The notes: generated by a model not told the origin, from the letters alone. A DNA stretch of 64,000 bases from Candidatus Parcubacteria bacterium (GCA_043760135.1 JAYUPL010000007.1:64106-128105), one strand, 5' to 3'; shown: positions 1 to 9,882, counted from the first letter of the stretch. A program made the numbers and translations.

Positions 1-361
1 ACCTATCAGATGGATATTGGACGATGCTTTTGCATTCGTAAAAAAAGAATTACGAAGAGGAAATACCTATCAAGGAATTATTATGGACCCTCCAGCCTTC
101 GGCCGTGGGGCAGCAGGGCAGGTGTGGAAGCTTGAAGAACAGTTTGTGGACTTTGTACAAGAAACAGCAAAGCTATTGGCTGACGATGCCTTATTTTTCG
201 TTGTAAACGGGTATGCGAGCGGATACTCTCACATTGCCTATAAACAAAACCTAGAAGCGATATTTTCCAAAGGAAAGGTGGAAAGTAAGGAGCTAACCAT
301 CGAGGACTCTACTGGAAAATTATTACCTTGTGGAATCGTAGCTAGATGGAAGTCTGAATAA
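1..361 (+). CDS. SAM-dependent methyltransferase (RlmI/RlmK-like), C-terminal part; 5' truncated by window edge
   Basis: DAFAFVKKELRRGNTYQGIIMDPPAFGRG matches the DPPxF motif IV of RlmI/K-like methyltransferases. Confidence 0.8.
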   Translation, partial: PIRWILDDAFAFVKKELRRGNTYQGIIMDPPAFGRGAAGQVWKLEEQFVDFVQETAKLLADDALFFVVNGYASGYSHIAYKQNLEAIFSKGKVESKELTIEDSTGKLLPCGIVARWKSE

Positions 362-396
362 CTTGACTTGGTTTTAGTATTTGTTATTATAACTAT

Positions 397-457
397 ATTC
401 CTACATTCGATTCCGAAAGCGAATCAATGATCCAGATATCAAAATCTGGTGACTACA
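397..457 (+). ncRNA. Putative small structured RNA convergent on the PemK/MazF gene
   Basis: TTGACT(363-368)-16-TATTAT(385-390, TGn extension), then hairpins GATTC-cgaaagc-GAATC and CCAGAT-atcaaa-ATCTGG followed by TGAC. Confidence 0.5.
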
Positions 458-850
458 TTAAGAAAGCTCTAATAGAGATATTAGTTGCTTTTTTATTTTA
501 GCGAAGTCTCCAATATTTATATATCCAATATAATAATAGAATCGATTAATAGAAATTAATCTGATTTGATTTAACATAATCCAATTCTTTTTATTATTAA
601 TATTATTTAATTCATAAAACCAAGATCCTGAATTTTTCTGTGTTGTTAAGGGTAATATTATACAGGTTTTACTATCTAATTTTTTAAGAATTAGCACAGG
701 ACGAGAAAAATTATCGCCAACTCCATCTTGTTCTTGCCCAATATTTTTACCAATTTTGCACCACCAAATATCCCTTTCTCTAACAAGGATATCCATATCT
801 TTTATAGCTTTCTTTTTTTCATTCCATTCGTCATATATGTTTATATTCAT
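458..850 (-). CDS. PemK/MazF-family endoribonuclease toxin, no adjacent protein antitoxin
   Basis: RERDIWWCKIGKNIGQEQDG...RPVLILKK...ILPLTT...MLNQIRLIS motifs. Confidence 0.85.
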   Translation of the reverse strand: MNINIYDEWNEKKKAIKDMDILVRERDIWWCKIGKNIGQEQDGVGDNFSRPVLILKKLDSKTCIILPLTTQKNSGSWFYELNNINNKKNWIMLNQIRLISINRFYYYIGYINIGDFAKIKKQLISLLELS

Positions 851-856
851 CTAAAT

Positions 857-901
857 ATAATACAAAAATTACAATAAAGTATTCTTGAAGAAGCTATAAA
901 A
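857..901 (-). promoter_or_regulatory. Triple direct-repeat promoter, copy 1 (leaderless PemK gene)
   Basis: Minus strand TTTTAT-agctt-CTTCAA-gaata-CTTTAT-11nt-TATTAT-6nt-ATG. Confidence 0.7.
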
Positions 902-953
902 TAATTAATATTAAATTACCTTATATTTAAATCGTATTAACAGAAATATAAAT

Positions 954-1889
954 TCATATAAGCAAATTTTTGATTTTATTTTCAAACTCTTCATCTTGTG
1001 TATTAAACCAAACAATCTTCTCCTTTAATTCTTTATTGTTCCTAAACCAGGTTTTTTGCCTTTTGGCATAATGGCAAATCGCAAAATATAATTTTTCTTT
1101 GAACTCGTTCATTGTCAATATGCCTGTCAGTAGATCTGAAATAAATTTATATTCTAAACCTAGCTTTTGTAATTTTTCATGAGTAATTTTATTTTCTTTT
1201 AATAAATTCTCAACCTCCTGAATCATTCCTTGATCCAATCTTTTGTCTATTCTTGTTTGAATTCTTTTTTGTAAAATTTCATACTCAGTATCGAGTCCCA
1301 TAATAATGTTTTCATATTTATCATTAATTTTTATTTCAGGAATATATTTAAGTTCGGTAATAATCTCTATCGCTCGGATAACTCGTCTTTTATTTTTTAT
1401 GTCTATTTTTGAAATATTTGCATCATATTTTTCGGCGAGATTTTTTAATTCATTTTGTAAATATTCTAAACTTTCTTTTTCTAATATTTCTCTCAATTCT
1501 GGATTTTGTTTTGCAGGTGCTCCAGCTATTTCAAAGAGAAGGGCGTTGATATATAAACCTGTACCTCCGCAGACTATAGGGGTAATATTTTTTGATAATA
1601 AATCGTCTATAATTTTATTTGCATCTTGAGCATATTGAAAAACAGAATACTCCTGATCTGGGTTTAGTATGTCCAACATGTGATGAGGTACACCTTTCAT
1701 TTCATCTTTCGTTATTTTTCCAGTGCCGATATCCAAGTGTTTATAAATCTGTCGTGAGTCAGCAGAAATTATCTCGGAATCAAGGTTATATTTTTCTTTT
1801 AACCATAGAGAAATAGACACAGCAAGATCTGATTTACCGATGGCTGTGGGTCCTATTATGCTTATAATTTGAGGTTTTTTTCTGGACAT
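954..1889 (-). CDS. miaA: tRNA dimethylallyltransferase
   Basis: GPTAIGKS, IISADSRQIY, CGGTGLY, YAKRQKTWFR. Confidence 0.97.
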   Translation of the reverse strand: MSRKKPQIISIIGPTAIGKSDLAVSISLWLKEKYNLDSEIISADSRQIYKHLDIGTGKITKDEMKGVPHHMLDILNPDQEYSVFQYAQDANKIIDDLLSKNITPIVCGGTGLYINALLFEIAGAPAKQNPELREILEKESLEYLQNELKNLAEKYDANISKIDIKNKRRVIRAIEIITELKYIPEIKINDKYENIIMGLDTEYEILQKRIQTRIDKRLDQGMIQEVENLLKENKITHEKLQKLGLEYKFISDLLTGILTMNEFKEKLYFAICHYAKRQKTWFRNNKELKEKIVWFNTQDEEFENKIKNLLI

Positions 1890-1932
1890 GTATCTTATTT
1901 TTATACTATATTTCTGCTATAATTCAAACTAT

Positions 1933-4686
1933 ATGAAAAAATTCCTAAAAATCTCAATCCTTGCGATTTCATTATTTATTTTCAACAGAGCCGAGGCCAC
2001 TGATGCCATTGTTGGAAATATTGAGCTACAAACAACCATTTTCCAAGGTATTGGAAATACTCCGAGGCAATCTGTTGTGGTGGGGACCAAACTGTATGTT
2101 ATGAATGCAGGTTCTCACAATGTGTCTGTTGTTGACACAACTACGAATGAGGCAGTTGCGATGATTACTATCCCTGGTTTTACCCCTACTCCTGGATTTA
2201 TTATTGCTGTTGGTACAAAAGTGTATGTGCTTAATACTTCAACTAGTGATGTGAGTATTATAGACACAGTAACTGATACTGTCACTCAAACTATCACCAT
2301 TGGAGGTCTTCCTGCGCATGCAACTCTTGTTGGATCAAAATTGTACATTACGAATAATGGATCTGACAATGTCAGTGTGCTTGACACGGCTACGGACACC
2401 ATAACAGACACAGTATCTGTTGGATCAAATCCTCTATCTTCAACATTGGTTGGCACCTCAACTTTGTATGTAAATAATTACGGCGGTTTTAGTGTGTCCG
2501 TAATAAATACAAACACTAATACTGTAACTGATACTATTACTGTAGGGGATTCTCCTATTAGTTCAACACTTGTGGGCACAAAACTATATGTAAATAATCA
2601 GAACAGTGGAGGTTCTGTTTCCGTGATCAATACAACAACGAACACAGTTACTTCTACGTTAACAGGAACCGTGATAGGGCCTATTTCTTCAACACTGGTT
2701 GGTACCTCAACTTTGTATGTAAATAACCACGGTAGTTCGACTGTCTCTGTAATCAATACAAATACTGATACAATAAGTCAAACAATAAATATTGTTCGTT
2801 CCGCACCCACATTTTCCACACTAGTTGGTACCAAGCTCTACGTGGGCACTCAAGAATTAGATGTTAATAGTTCAAGTACTGTGGTTATTATTAATACAAC
2901 AAACAATACAGTGGTAGAAAATGTGTCTGTTGGAGGAGGTCCTTTGAGTCAAACCTTGGTGGGTACAAAGCTGTATACAAACAATGCTAACAGCGGTGTT
3001 CACAATGTCAGTGTACTCGACACAGTTACTGACACTGTTATTGCTACAATACCTTCATACAGAGCACTTGCACCAGAAGCTCAGTTTTCAACCGTAATAG
3101 GTACAAAGCTGTACGTGAATAACTCAGGTTCAACTGTGGTAACTGTTGTTGATACATTGACGGATACTATTTTGCAAAATATAACGGTTGGTACTGGACC
3201 ACTAAACTCTTTACTGGTGGGTACGAGACTATATGTCAATAATTATCTCTCCAACAATGTTTCAGTTGTTGATGTAAATACAAATACGGTCATAGCAACT
3301 ATTCCAGTTGGTGGTAATCCAAATGATCTAGTACTGTCTGGTACGAAATTGTATATAAATAATTCTGATTCTGGAACTATAACTGTGATTGATACAACAA
3401 ATAATACAGTTCTCACAACTGTTACAGTTGGTACGTATCCATCGCACCCAACCCTACTTGGCACCAAACTGTATGTTCACAATTTTTATTCGAACACTGT
3501 TTCTGTGATTGATACTGCAACTGATACAGTTGTGCAAACTATAGCTGGTTTCAGTTACCCTCGTTCTTCAACATATGTAAATGGAAAATTATATGTAAGT
3601 AATGGTGGTGGTAATAATTTAAAAATTATTGATCCTAATACAAATACGATTGTTCAAACTATTGCAGTAGGTGAGAGTCCAATGAAATCAACATTATTGA
3701 ATGGAATGTTGTATGTAAATAACTTTGATTCAAACTATATTTCTGTTGTAAATCCTATAACAAATACTGTAACTCAAATCATTCCAAGTGTGGGTGTAAA
3801 CTCTGTGTATATAAACTCTTCTAATAGTAAGCTCTATGTTGCTGGTGCAGATTCGAATCTTGTTATTATAGATTTATCAAATAATGCAATTGTTCAGACT
3901 ATTCTTATTGATGGATATCCTGCATCGGCAAATATTATGGGTACAAAAATGTATGTGAATAAGTATGACTCAGAACTTACTATAATCCAGTTAGATGCAC
4001 CTGATGTTATTTCAACAGTAAATGGCTCAGCTCTGACTATTATTTATCCTCAAACTTTATCTACTTCATCGATTCCTAGTTTATCAAATTTTACCTTTGG
4101 GAGTCATGGTATTCAGGCTATTGCCATAGGGGGTAATCAGGTTAATCTAACATTGTCATCTCCAGTTACTCCTACAGAGGATTTCTCAGTTACTTATACT
4201 GTTCCTGTCGTTAATCCGTTACAAGATGTACTTGGAAATAACCTTGCGCCGATAATTGCAAAACCTGTTATTAATCTTACACCATCTACTGTCTCAAGTT
4301 CCGCGTCAGGAGGCTCAAGTGGTGGTGGAAGTGGTGGTGGAAGTGGTGGTGGATATGTCGCAGCTAATTTACCAAAAATAGTAAATGCTACATCAACCAA
4401 TGTTATAGCAAGTTCTTCGCTCGCTTGTCCTTACTTTACACAGAATTCAAAACAAGGAAGTAAAAATTTAGAAGTGATTAAAATAAAAAAATTCTTGAAT
4501 GAATTTTCAAAAGAAAAACTAAATATAAATTCAAATGTGTATGACCTAGCCCTACTTAATGCAGTGAAAAGATTTCAAGTAAAATATAAAGCCCAAATAT
4601 TGACTCCTTTAAAACTTAAATATGGTACAGGTTTATGGTATGCATCTACGAAAGCTCAGGCTAATAAGGTGGTGGGTTGTAGGTAA
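1933..4686 (+). CDS. Secreted YVTN/YncE beta-propeller repeat surface protein with Gly/Ser linker and C-terminal peptidoglycan-binding-like domain
   Basis: Signal peptide from ATG 1933; many ~40-aa repeats (GTKLYVNN..SxxVSVIDTxTNTV); C-terminal KQGSKNLEVIKIKKFLN...AVKRFQ. Confidence 0.8.
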   Translation: MKKFLKISILAISLFIFNRAEATDAIVGNIELQTTIFQGIGNTPRQSVVVGTKLYVMNAGSHNVSVVDTTTNEAVAMITIPGFTPTPGFIIAVGTKVYVLNTSTSDVSIIDTVTDTVTQTITIGGLPAHATLVGSKLYITNNGSDNVSVLDTATDTITDTVSVGSNPLSSTLVGTSTLYVNNYGGFSVSVINTNTNTVTDTITVGDSPISSTLVGTKLYVNNQNSGGSVSVINTTTNTVTSTLTGTVIGPISSTLVGTSTLYVNNHGSSTVSVINTNTDTISQTINIVRSAPTFSTLVGTKLYVGTQELDVNSSSTVVIINTTNNTVVENVSVGGGPLSQTLVGTKLYTNNANSGVHNVSVLDTVTDTVIATIPSYRALAPEAQFSTVIGTKLYVNNSGSTVVTVVDTLTDTILQNITVGTGPLNSLLVGTRLYVNNYLSNNVSVVDVNTNTVIATIPVGGNPNDLVLSGTKLYINNSDSGTITVIDTTNNTVLTTVTVGTYPSHPTLLGTKLYVHNFYSNTVSVIDTATDTVVQTIAGFSYPRSSTYVNGKLYVSNGGGNNLKIIDPNTNTIVQTIAVGESPMKSTLLNGMLYVNNFDSNYISVVNPITNTVTQIIPSVGVNSVYINSSNSKLYVAGADSNLVIIDLSNNAIVQTILIDGYPASANIMGTKMYVNKYDSELTIIQLDAPDVISTVNGSALTIIYPQTLSTSSIPSLSNFTFGSHGIQAIAIGGNQVNLTLSSPVTPTEDFSVTYTVPVVNPLQDVLGNNLAPIIAKPVINLTPSTVSSSASGGSSGGGSGGGSGGGYVAANLPKIVNATSTNVIASSSLACPYFTQNSKQGSKNLEVIKIKKFLNEFSKEKLNINSNVYDLALLNAVKRFQVKYKAQILTPLKLKYGTGLWYASTKAQANKVVGCR

Positions 4687-4764
4687 AATGGCAGGACTTG
4701 ATCTCTACGAGATCAGTATGGATATTTTGATTATTTAGGTCTGGACATATCGTTAATGTAGTTC

Positions 4765-4895
4765 CCTAGAAAGGGACTTGGTCCTTACAGGACCATTATA
4801 CCTTTGCAATTTTTTCAAATTTTACAAATTCTCAAAAATATAGCAAAGCTTTTTCAAGTCCCTCCCGAAACTGCCATTGGGCAGTTTCTTCCATC
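4765..4895 (-). repeat. Structured tRNA-downstream element, copy 1 (after tRNA-Leu CAA)
   Basis: Contains an inverted copy (4853-4864) and a direct copy (4768-4780) of the tRNA T-arm 3' strand; similar to 41120-41256. Confidence 0.6.
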
Positions 4896-4973
4896 CCAAA
4901 AGAAAACTGTCCCTAAAGGACAGTTTTCTGTTTGTGCGACTTGCTTTGATTTATCAAAGCAGAAGTACTCTTG

Positions 4974-5058
4974 TGGTGCTGAGAGAGGGACTTGAACCCT
5001 CACTAGGTTGCCCTGCGCGATTTTGAGTCGCGTGCGTCTACCATTCCGCCATCTCAGC
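4974..5058 (-). tRNA. tRNA-Leu(CAA)
   Basis: GCTGAGATGGCGGAATGGTAGACGC...CGCGA-CTCAAAA-TCGCG...GGTTCAAGTCC...CCA; long variable arm. Confidence 0.95.
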
Positions 5059-5079
5059 CTATGTGCTATACTATAATAC

Positions 5080-5679
5080 ATGAAAAGAATAATAATAACA
5101 ATAATACTATTTGTAGTCATAGCTCTAGGGGTAATCCTATATAGAGGTATGTCTGATAACACATTTAAGGATGTATCAGGAGAAACTGATGCAGCCCTTA
5201 TAGCTAAGAGCTTTATAGATAAAATGATTCCTCACCATGAAGGGGCTGTTGCTTCGTCTTTGATTGTTATGAACGATTTGGGCATAACAGAATCTAAGGT
5301 TAGAGTGCTTGCTGCGAATATAGTTGACTCACAAACTTTTGAAATAGCAAAAATGAAAAGTATGTACGCGGAATATCTTGGTAGTGAATATCCTGCATCA
5401 ACAACTCATCATACTATGTCTGCAATTGATGGTTTGAAAGGAGATGTACTGGGTCGAGCATATGCAACTGCAATGATTACTCATCATGAAGATGCTATTA
5501 AGATGTCTAAAGATTATATAAAATTGGTTGATAAGTTTAAAAAAGATAGTGAGGTAAAAGAGGAAGGTTTAACTGTTTCAAACAATCACCCTGCTCTAGA
5601 GTTAACTTATGAGTTGGCAAAACAAATCATCGATACACAAGAAAAGGAGATTGAACAAATGAAAACTTGGTATAAGTAA
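5080..5679 (+). CDS. DUF305 ferritin-like protein with N-terminal membrane anchor
   Basis: FIDKMIPHHEGAV, MITHHEDAIKMS, LAKQIIDTQEKEIEQM. Confidence 0.85.
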   Translation: MKRIIITIILFVVIALGVILYRGMSDNTFKDVSGETDAALIAKSFIDKMIPHHEGAVASSLIVMNDLGITESKVRVLAANIVDSQTFEIAKMKSMYAEYLGSEYPASTTHHTMSAIDGLKGDVLGRAYATAMITHHEDAIKMSKDYIKLVDKFKKDSEVKEEGLTVSNNHPALELTYELAKQIIDTQEKEIEQMKTWYK

Positions 5680-5745
5680 AACCCTCGTAAAAAATAAAAA
5701 AGTCGCGGTCCCTGTAAGGGTCCGCGCTTTTGTTTATTATATCGA

Positions 5746-6174
5746 CTACATCTGAACTGCTTGTTGAATGCCAATTCTTTCACGATCACAAATCATAATC
5801 AAGACATGTCGTTCAAAGTCGCTTAAGCGATGGTGAAGGATCTCATCTTGCTGGTGCCACAGGGAATTGATTGAAGGCGTAAGGTCGTTTGTTGCGAATT
5901 CTTCTGCGGTGTAGATGAAAACAACTTTGCCTCCGTTGTGTAGGATCCCTTGATGCTTCAAACATTCAGGGGAGGTTAGGATGTCGCACCTGTACAATTC
6001 ATCGCACACCATTTGACGAATATTAACACTACCTGTATCAACATCGCAAGTTGTGTTAAATCGGAATGTTCCCCATTTACCTTCATTATTGGTATTGAGA
6101 AGAATTCTCCCAGCCTTGTCGATAACAAAGACCATCATGGAGGTTGTCCATGGAAAATGATTGATTGGTTCCAT
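5746..6174 (-). CDS. Hypothetical protein, possibly degenerate NUDIX fold
   Basis: VFVIDKAGRILL...GKWG resembles a NUDIX N-terminus, but the Nudix box is not intact. Confidence 0.4.
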   Translation of the reverse strand: MEPINHFPWTTSMMVFVIDKAGRILLNTNNEGKWGTFRFNTTCDVDTGSVNIRQMVCDELYRCDILTSPECLKHQGILHNGGKVVFIYTAEEFATNDLTPSINSLWHQQDEILHHRLSDFERHVLIMICDRERIGIQQAVQM

Positions 6175-6263
6175 CAGTTTTTGTGTTTATGTTTTTCAAA
6201 ATTGCTAACTGTACACAAAATACCATTTTTATTTTATGTTAGCAATGAGTGTCTTGTACAAAA

Positions 6264-6788
6264 CTAGTCAGTCGATACAGTACCTATTCTTACAATTTTA
6301 TCTCCCTCCAGTCTATATTCTATCGTCTTCTCAATATTCCATTTTTGTTCTGTGCAATCTTCACCACAATCTAAACCTTTCCCAGTCAAGGAAATTACAC
6401 CATCTTTGATTGTAACTAAACTCAAGTCACTTTTTGTGGCTGAAGATGATTTGTATCCATCAAAAGAAACATTGTCTAAAGATTGAGTTGATCTATTTTC
6501 AACATTCAATATAACTTCTAAACTCAATGAACACGATGCTCCACAAAATACCACAGCCATGATGGCATCTTCGTATGTGTCATTATTTAAATCTCCTTTA
6601 GCTAAAATGTTTGCATCAGCATCCTGAGTCGCAGCAATAAACATATTGTCACCAAGGATAACAGGTGTGGTTGTTGCAAGTATAGTTTCCTCCATTGGAG
6701 TAGGAGGGTTAAATGCTTTGTTTAGATAATAATAGGCAATACCCCCAATGATAAGTATTGCGAGTGTGATTTGGATACCTTTTTTCAT
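6264..6788 (-). CDS. Hypothetical membrane-anchored/exported protein
   Basis: N-terminal TM segment; GDLNNDTYEDA motif; Cys pairs. Confidence 0.6.
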   Translation of the reverse strand: MKKGIQITLAILIIGGIAYYYLNKAFNPPTPMEETILATTTPVILGDNMFIAATQDADANILAKGDLNNDTYEDAIMAVVFCGASCSLSLEVILNVENRSTQSLDNVSFDGYKSSSATKSDLSLVTIKDGVISLTGKGLDCGEDCTEQKWNIEKTIEYRLEGDKIVRIGTVSTD

Positions 6789-6874
6789 AGGGTTAATTAT
6801 ACCAGAATAATAGGGAGTTTTTTATATTTGACAAAACCTTTTACATAATTTGTAATCTATGTTATACTTCAAAT

Positions 6875-7210
6875 ATGAAAACAGAGAGACCAACTACTAT
6901 ATATAAAACAATATGTGACACCTGTCACCAGGCTTGCGAAGTGCCTTTTAAACCAAACGGCAAGAAGCCTGTATTTTGTGATGCGTGTTTTAAACATATG
7001 AGAGAACCTTCAGTTGTTGAAGGTGCATATGTGAGAAGAAAAGATAAAACTATATTTGATACACCTGAAAACTTTGTTCAACCAACAAACCCTATGACAT
7101 CAACCTATGCTCCATCACAAGAAGTGAGAATTGCTGAGTTAAAAAGAGAGTTGTCGTCTGCAAATGCAAAACTCGATAAGTTGATTGATATGTTCAATAA
7201 GTTGAAATAG
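6875..7210 (+). CDS. CxxC-x17-CxxC zinc-ribbon domain protein
   Basis: CDTCHQACEVPFKPNGKKPVFCDACF. Confidence 0.85.
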   Translation: MKTERPTTIYKTICDTCHQACEVPFKPNGKKPVFCDACFKHMREPSVVEGAYVRRKDKTIFDTPENFVQPTNPMTSTYAPSQEVRIAELKRELSSANAKLDKLIDMFNKLK

Positions 7211-7344
7211 AAATCTTAACCCTCATAAAAAGCCGTCGTCCAAGAAATGACGACTCTTTTTTATTCAGGTTCAGAGGCTAAGACAAAATAAAAAAATTCC
7301 TCAAGGTTGTAAATCTTGAGGTTTTTGGTTTTTTTGAAATTGGT

Positions 7345-7620
7345 TCAGTCAGCGACCTTGCTAGAATTTTCAGGTTTAATGGCGGACGCAAGAAGGATAA
7401 AGAATCCAAAAGGTAGAAAAAGGATTAGAAAATACACCATTCCCATAAAACTCGATTTTTTAAGACGGAGTAATTTGTTGCTGTATAGGAAAAAAGAAGC
7501 TATACCGGCTAAACCATATGTAATGATGGTAGCAAGTAAAATTCCTAAGCCAAAGCCAAGGATGAGAGAAAAGATGAGAAGGAAACTGAGGATCATTCGG
7601 GATATGTGGTTTGTGCTCAT
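7345..7620 (-). CDS. Small hypothetical membrane protein
   Basis: 2-3 hydrophobic segments; own TTGACT...TATAAT promoter upstream. Confidence 0.55.
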   Translation of the reverse strand: MSTNHISRMILSFLLIFSLILGFGLGILLATIITYGLAGIASFFLYSNKLLRLKKSSFMGMVYFLILFLPFGFFILLASAIKPENSSKVAD

Positions 7621-7675
7621 AGGTGCGTTTTTTGGTACTCGGATATTATACTACTTATTAGACTAAAAGTCAAAA

Positions 7676-8023
7676 TTATATACTACTTTTCACTCTAAAG
7701 AGTACAATTTTTGTGATGAGATCATATGGAATCAATTTATCATCAATAGGAAATTGGACTGCACCTTTTGATGTTTTGTATTTTGATAATTTTTTTTTGA
7801 ATTTAGTCATAGCTGATGGAGTGGGGTAGAATCCAATATGATTTTGGTACGCAGTGAAATGAACAAGATTTTCATTTAAGTAGTATGTTGGCATTCCGTA
7901 TGATATTTTTTCTATTGCTTTAGGTGCAGCTTTTTTTATGGTGGTCCGGATTTTCTTGAGAATTTTTTGTGTTGAGGTGGGGAAGGTGGAGATGTATTCA
8001 GGGATTGTTGAATATGTTTGCAT
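7676..8023 (-). CDS. DUF1801/YdhG-like protein
   Basis: EKISYGMPTY...HIGFYP...YKTSKGAVQFP; probable start ATG 8023. Confidence 0.85.
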   Translation of the reverse strand: MQTYSTIPEYISTFPTSTQKILKKIRTTIKKAAPKAIEKISYGMPTYYLNENLVHFTAYQNHIGFYPTPSAMTKFKKKLSKYKTSKGAVQFPIDDKLIPYDLITKIVLFRVKSSI

Positions 8024-8061
8024 ACAAAAATTATACCACATAATATATTTTGCCATCTGGT

Positions 8062-8073
8062 GAACTAAGGTTT
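8062..8073. promoter_or_regulatory. Possible LexA-type operator between -35 and -10 of umuD
   Basis: GAAC-taag-GTTT between TTGCCA (8050) and TACAAT (8073). Confidence 0.3.
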
Positions 8074-8085
8074 ACAATATACTCA

Positions 8086-8517
8086 ATGCGCGTTATTGAT
8101 TATAAAAAAACAACATATAAACCCATCCCTTTGGTATCCTCATACGTCAAAGCTGGTTTTGCTTCGCCTGCAGATGATTACACAGAGCGAGTGATTGATA
8201 TCAATGATTTATTCCAAGTTGATGAATCAACATCTTTTTATGTTCGGGCTGAAGGTCAGTCTATGAAAAATTCAGGTATTATCCCAGAAGACATTTTATG
8301 TGTTCGAAAAGACCTTGAACCTATCGATGGAGATATTGTCATCGCCGCCATTGATAATGAGTTCACGGTAAAAACATTTCGTCGTAAGGAAAACAGTATT
8401 TTCTTCGAAGCATCGAACGAAGATTTTCCAAACATTATTCCGGTTGAAGGACAGGAGGTGCAAGTGTGGGGAGTTGTGACAGGATTAGCGCGAGTATTAA
8501 AGAGAAACAAAAAATGA
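8086..8517 (+). CDS. umuD: DNA polymerase V accessory subunit (S24 peptidase)
   Basis: VKAGFASPADDY, RAEGQSM, EFTVK, VWGVVT; probable start ATG 8086. Confidence 0.93.
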   Translation: MRVIDYKKTTYKPIPLVSSYVKAGFASPADDYTERVIDINDLFQVDESTSFYVRAEGQSMKNSGIIPEDILCVRKDLEPIDGDIVIAAIDNEFTVKTFRRKENSIFFEASNEDFPNIIPVEGQEVQVWGVVTGLARVLKRNKK

Positions 8518-9866
8518 AAATAAAACTTTTTGCACCCATCGATTGTTCATCTTTTTATTGCTCATGCGAGCGCGTCTTTCGTCCTGAACTGAAAGATAGA
8601 TCTATTTGTGTGTTATCCAACAATGATGGTTGTGTTATTTCTTTAACGCCCGAAGTAAAAAGTTTAGGCATACGCATCGGTACGCCATTTTTCAAAGTAC
8701 GCGATATGTTGGCGAAAAATAAAGTTGTTGTATTTTCATCTAATTATTGTCTGTACGGAGACATGAGTCGAAGGGTGATGCAGGTGATAAAACAATTTAG
8801 CGACAAGGTGGAAGTGTATTCTATCGATGAGGCGTTTATAGAAATAGAAGCAGAGGATGAGGATATTGAGAATGAAAGAATCAGATTACAAAAGATAGCA
8901 GAGGAAATTCATCATACTGTTATGAGAGGAACGGGTATTCCTGTTCGTGTATCTATTGCAGAAACAAAAACATTGGCCAAGGTAGGGAGTGATGTCACAA
9001 AGAAATTATTGAAGGAGAAAAAGATTCCTACCGTATGCTTTTGGAATCATCCTGATAAAATTGTTTCCATGAAAACTACATCTATAGGTGATGTCTGGGG
9101 TGTAGGGCGCGGTTGGGCAGATAAGTTGCAGGATATTGGAATATACACAGCCTATAATTTATTTGAAGCAGATAATATGATGATTGGTAAAAAATATAGT
9201 GTAATTCTTCAAAGAACTACATTCGAACTACAGGGTGTTATTTGTAATCCTATCGAGTCAGAAAATTCACAAAGAAAGAGCTTGATACGAAGTCGAATGT
9301 TTGGGTATAAGTTAACTGATCCAAAATTGATACTACAGGCTGTCTCAACTCATGTTGCTCGAGGTGCAGAAAAATTAAGAGAGGAGAAGCTGGTAACAGG
9401 AGTTCTCTCTGTTGCTATAACCACAGGGCGGCATTCTACAAATAAAAATCTAGGACGTGCATCAATAGAATTATCAAAGCCAACAAATGATACACTTGTC
9501 TTAAGCAAGATTGCTGCTGATTTGTTTAAGAAATGTTATGCAGAAAAAAATGAAAAAGGGGAAGTATATCAATATGTAAAAGCTGGAGTTGTGTTTTATG
9601 ACTTGAAAAGAGATGATACGCAAACACATTCTTTCTTTGAATTTATAAATACCGAGAAAAATGAAATAATGGATACGTTGGATAAGATAAATAAAAAATT
9701 TGGTACCAATGCGATCGTGGTGGCGTCCCAAGGAACTCCGGATAAGTTGAGAGGGAATAGTGCAGCCAATAAGAAAGAGTCGACGGAGTGGTCCATGAAG
9801 AGAAATCATATGAGTCCAAGGTATACGACAGTGTGGAGGGAGTTGATGAAGGTGAAGATTGGGTAA
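8514..9866 (+). CDS. umuC: Y-family DNA polymerase V catalytic subunit
   Basis: DCSSFYCSCERVFRP, SNNDGC, YSIDEAF, WSMKRNHMSPRYTT; ATGA overlap with umuD. Confidence 0.95.
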   Translation: MKIKLFAPIDCSSFYCSCERVFRPELKDRSICVLSNNDGCVISLTPEVKSLGIRIGTPFFKVRDMLAKNKVVVFSSNYCLYGDMSRRVMQVIKQFSDKVEVYSIDEAFIEIEAEDEDIENERIRLQKIAEEIHHTVMRGTGIPVRVSIAETKTLAKVGSDVTKKLLKEKKIPTVCFWNHPDKIVSMKTTSIGDVWGVGRGWADKLQDIGIYTAYNLFEADNMMIGKKYSVILQRTTFELQGVICNPIESENSQRKSLIRSRMFGYKLTDPKLILQAVSTHVARGAEKLREEKLVTGVLSVAITTGRHSTNKNLGRASIELSKPTNDTLVLSKIAADLFKKCYAEKNEKGEVYQYVKAGVVFYDLKRDDTQTHSFFEFINTEKNEIMDTLDKINKKFGTNAIVVASQGTPDKLRGNSAANKKESTEWSMKRNHMSPRYTTVWRELMKVKIG

Positions 9867-9882
9867 GTAAAATAGAGGTTTT

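Noticed and set aside
4690-4750. Possible remnant duplicate of the miaA 5' end (CTGGACAT)
   Set aside because: Only ~9 nt match and an immediate stop codon; consistent with chance.
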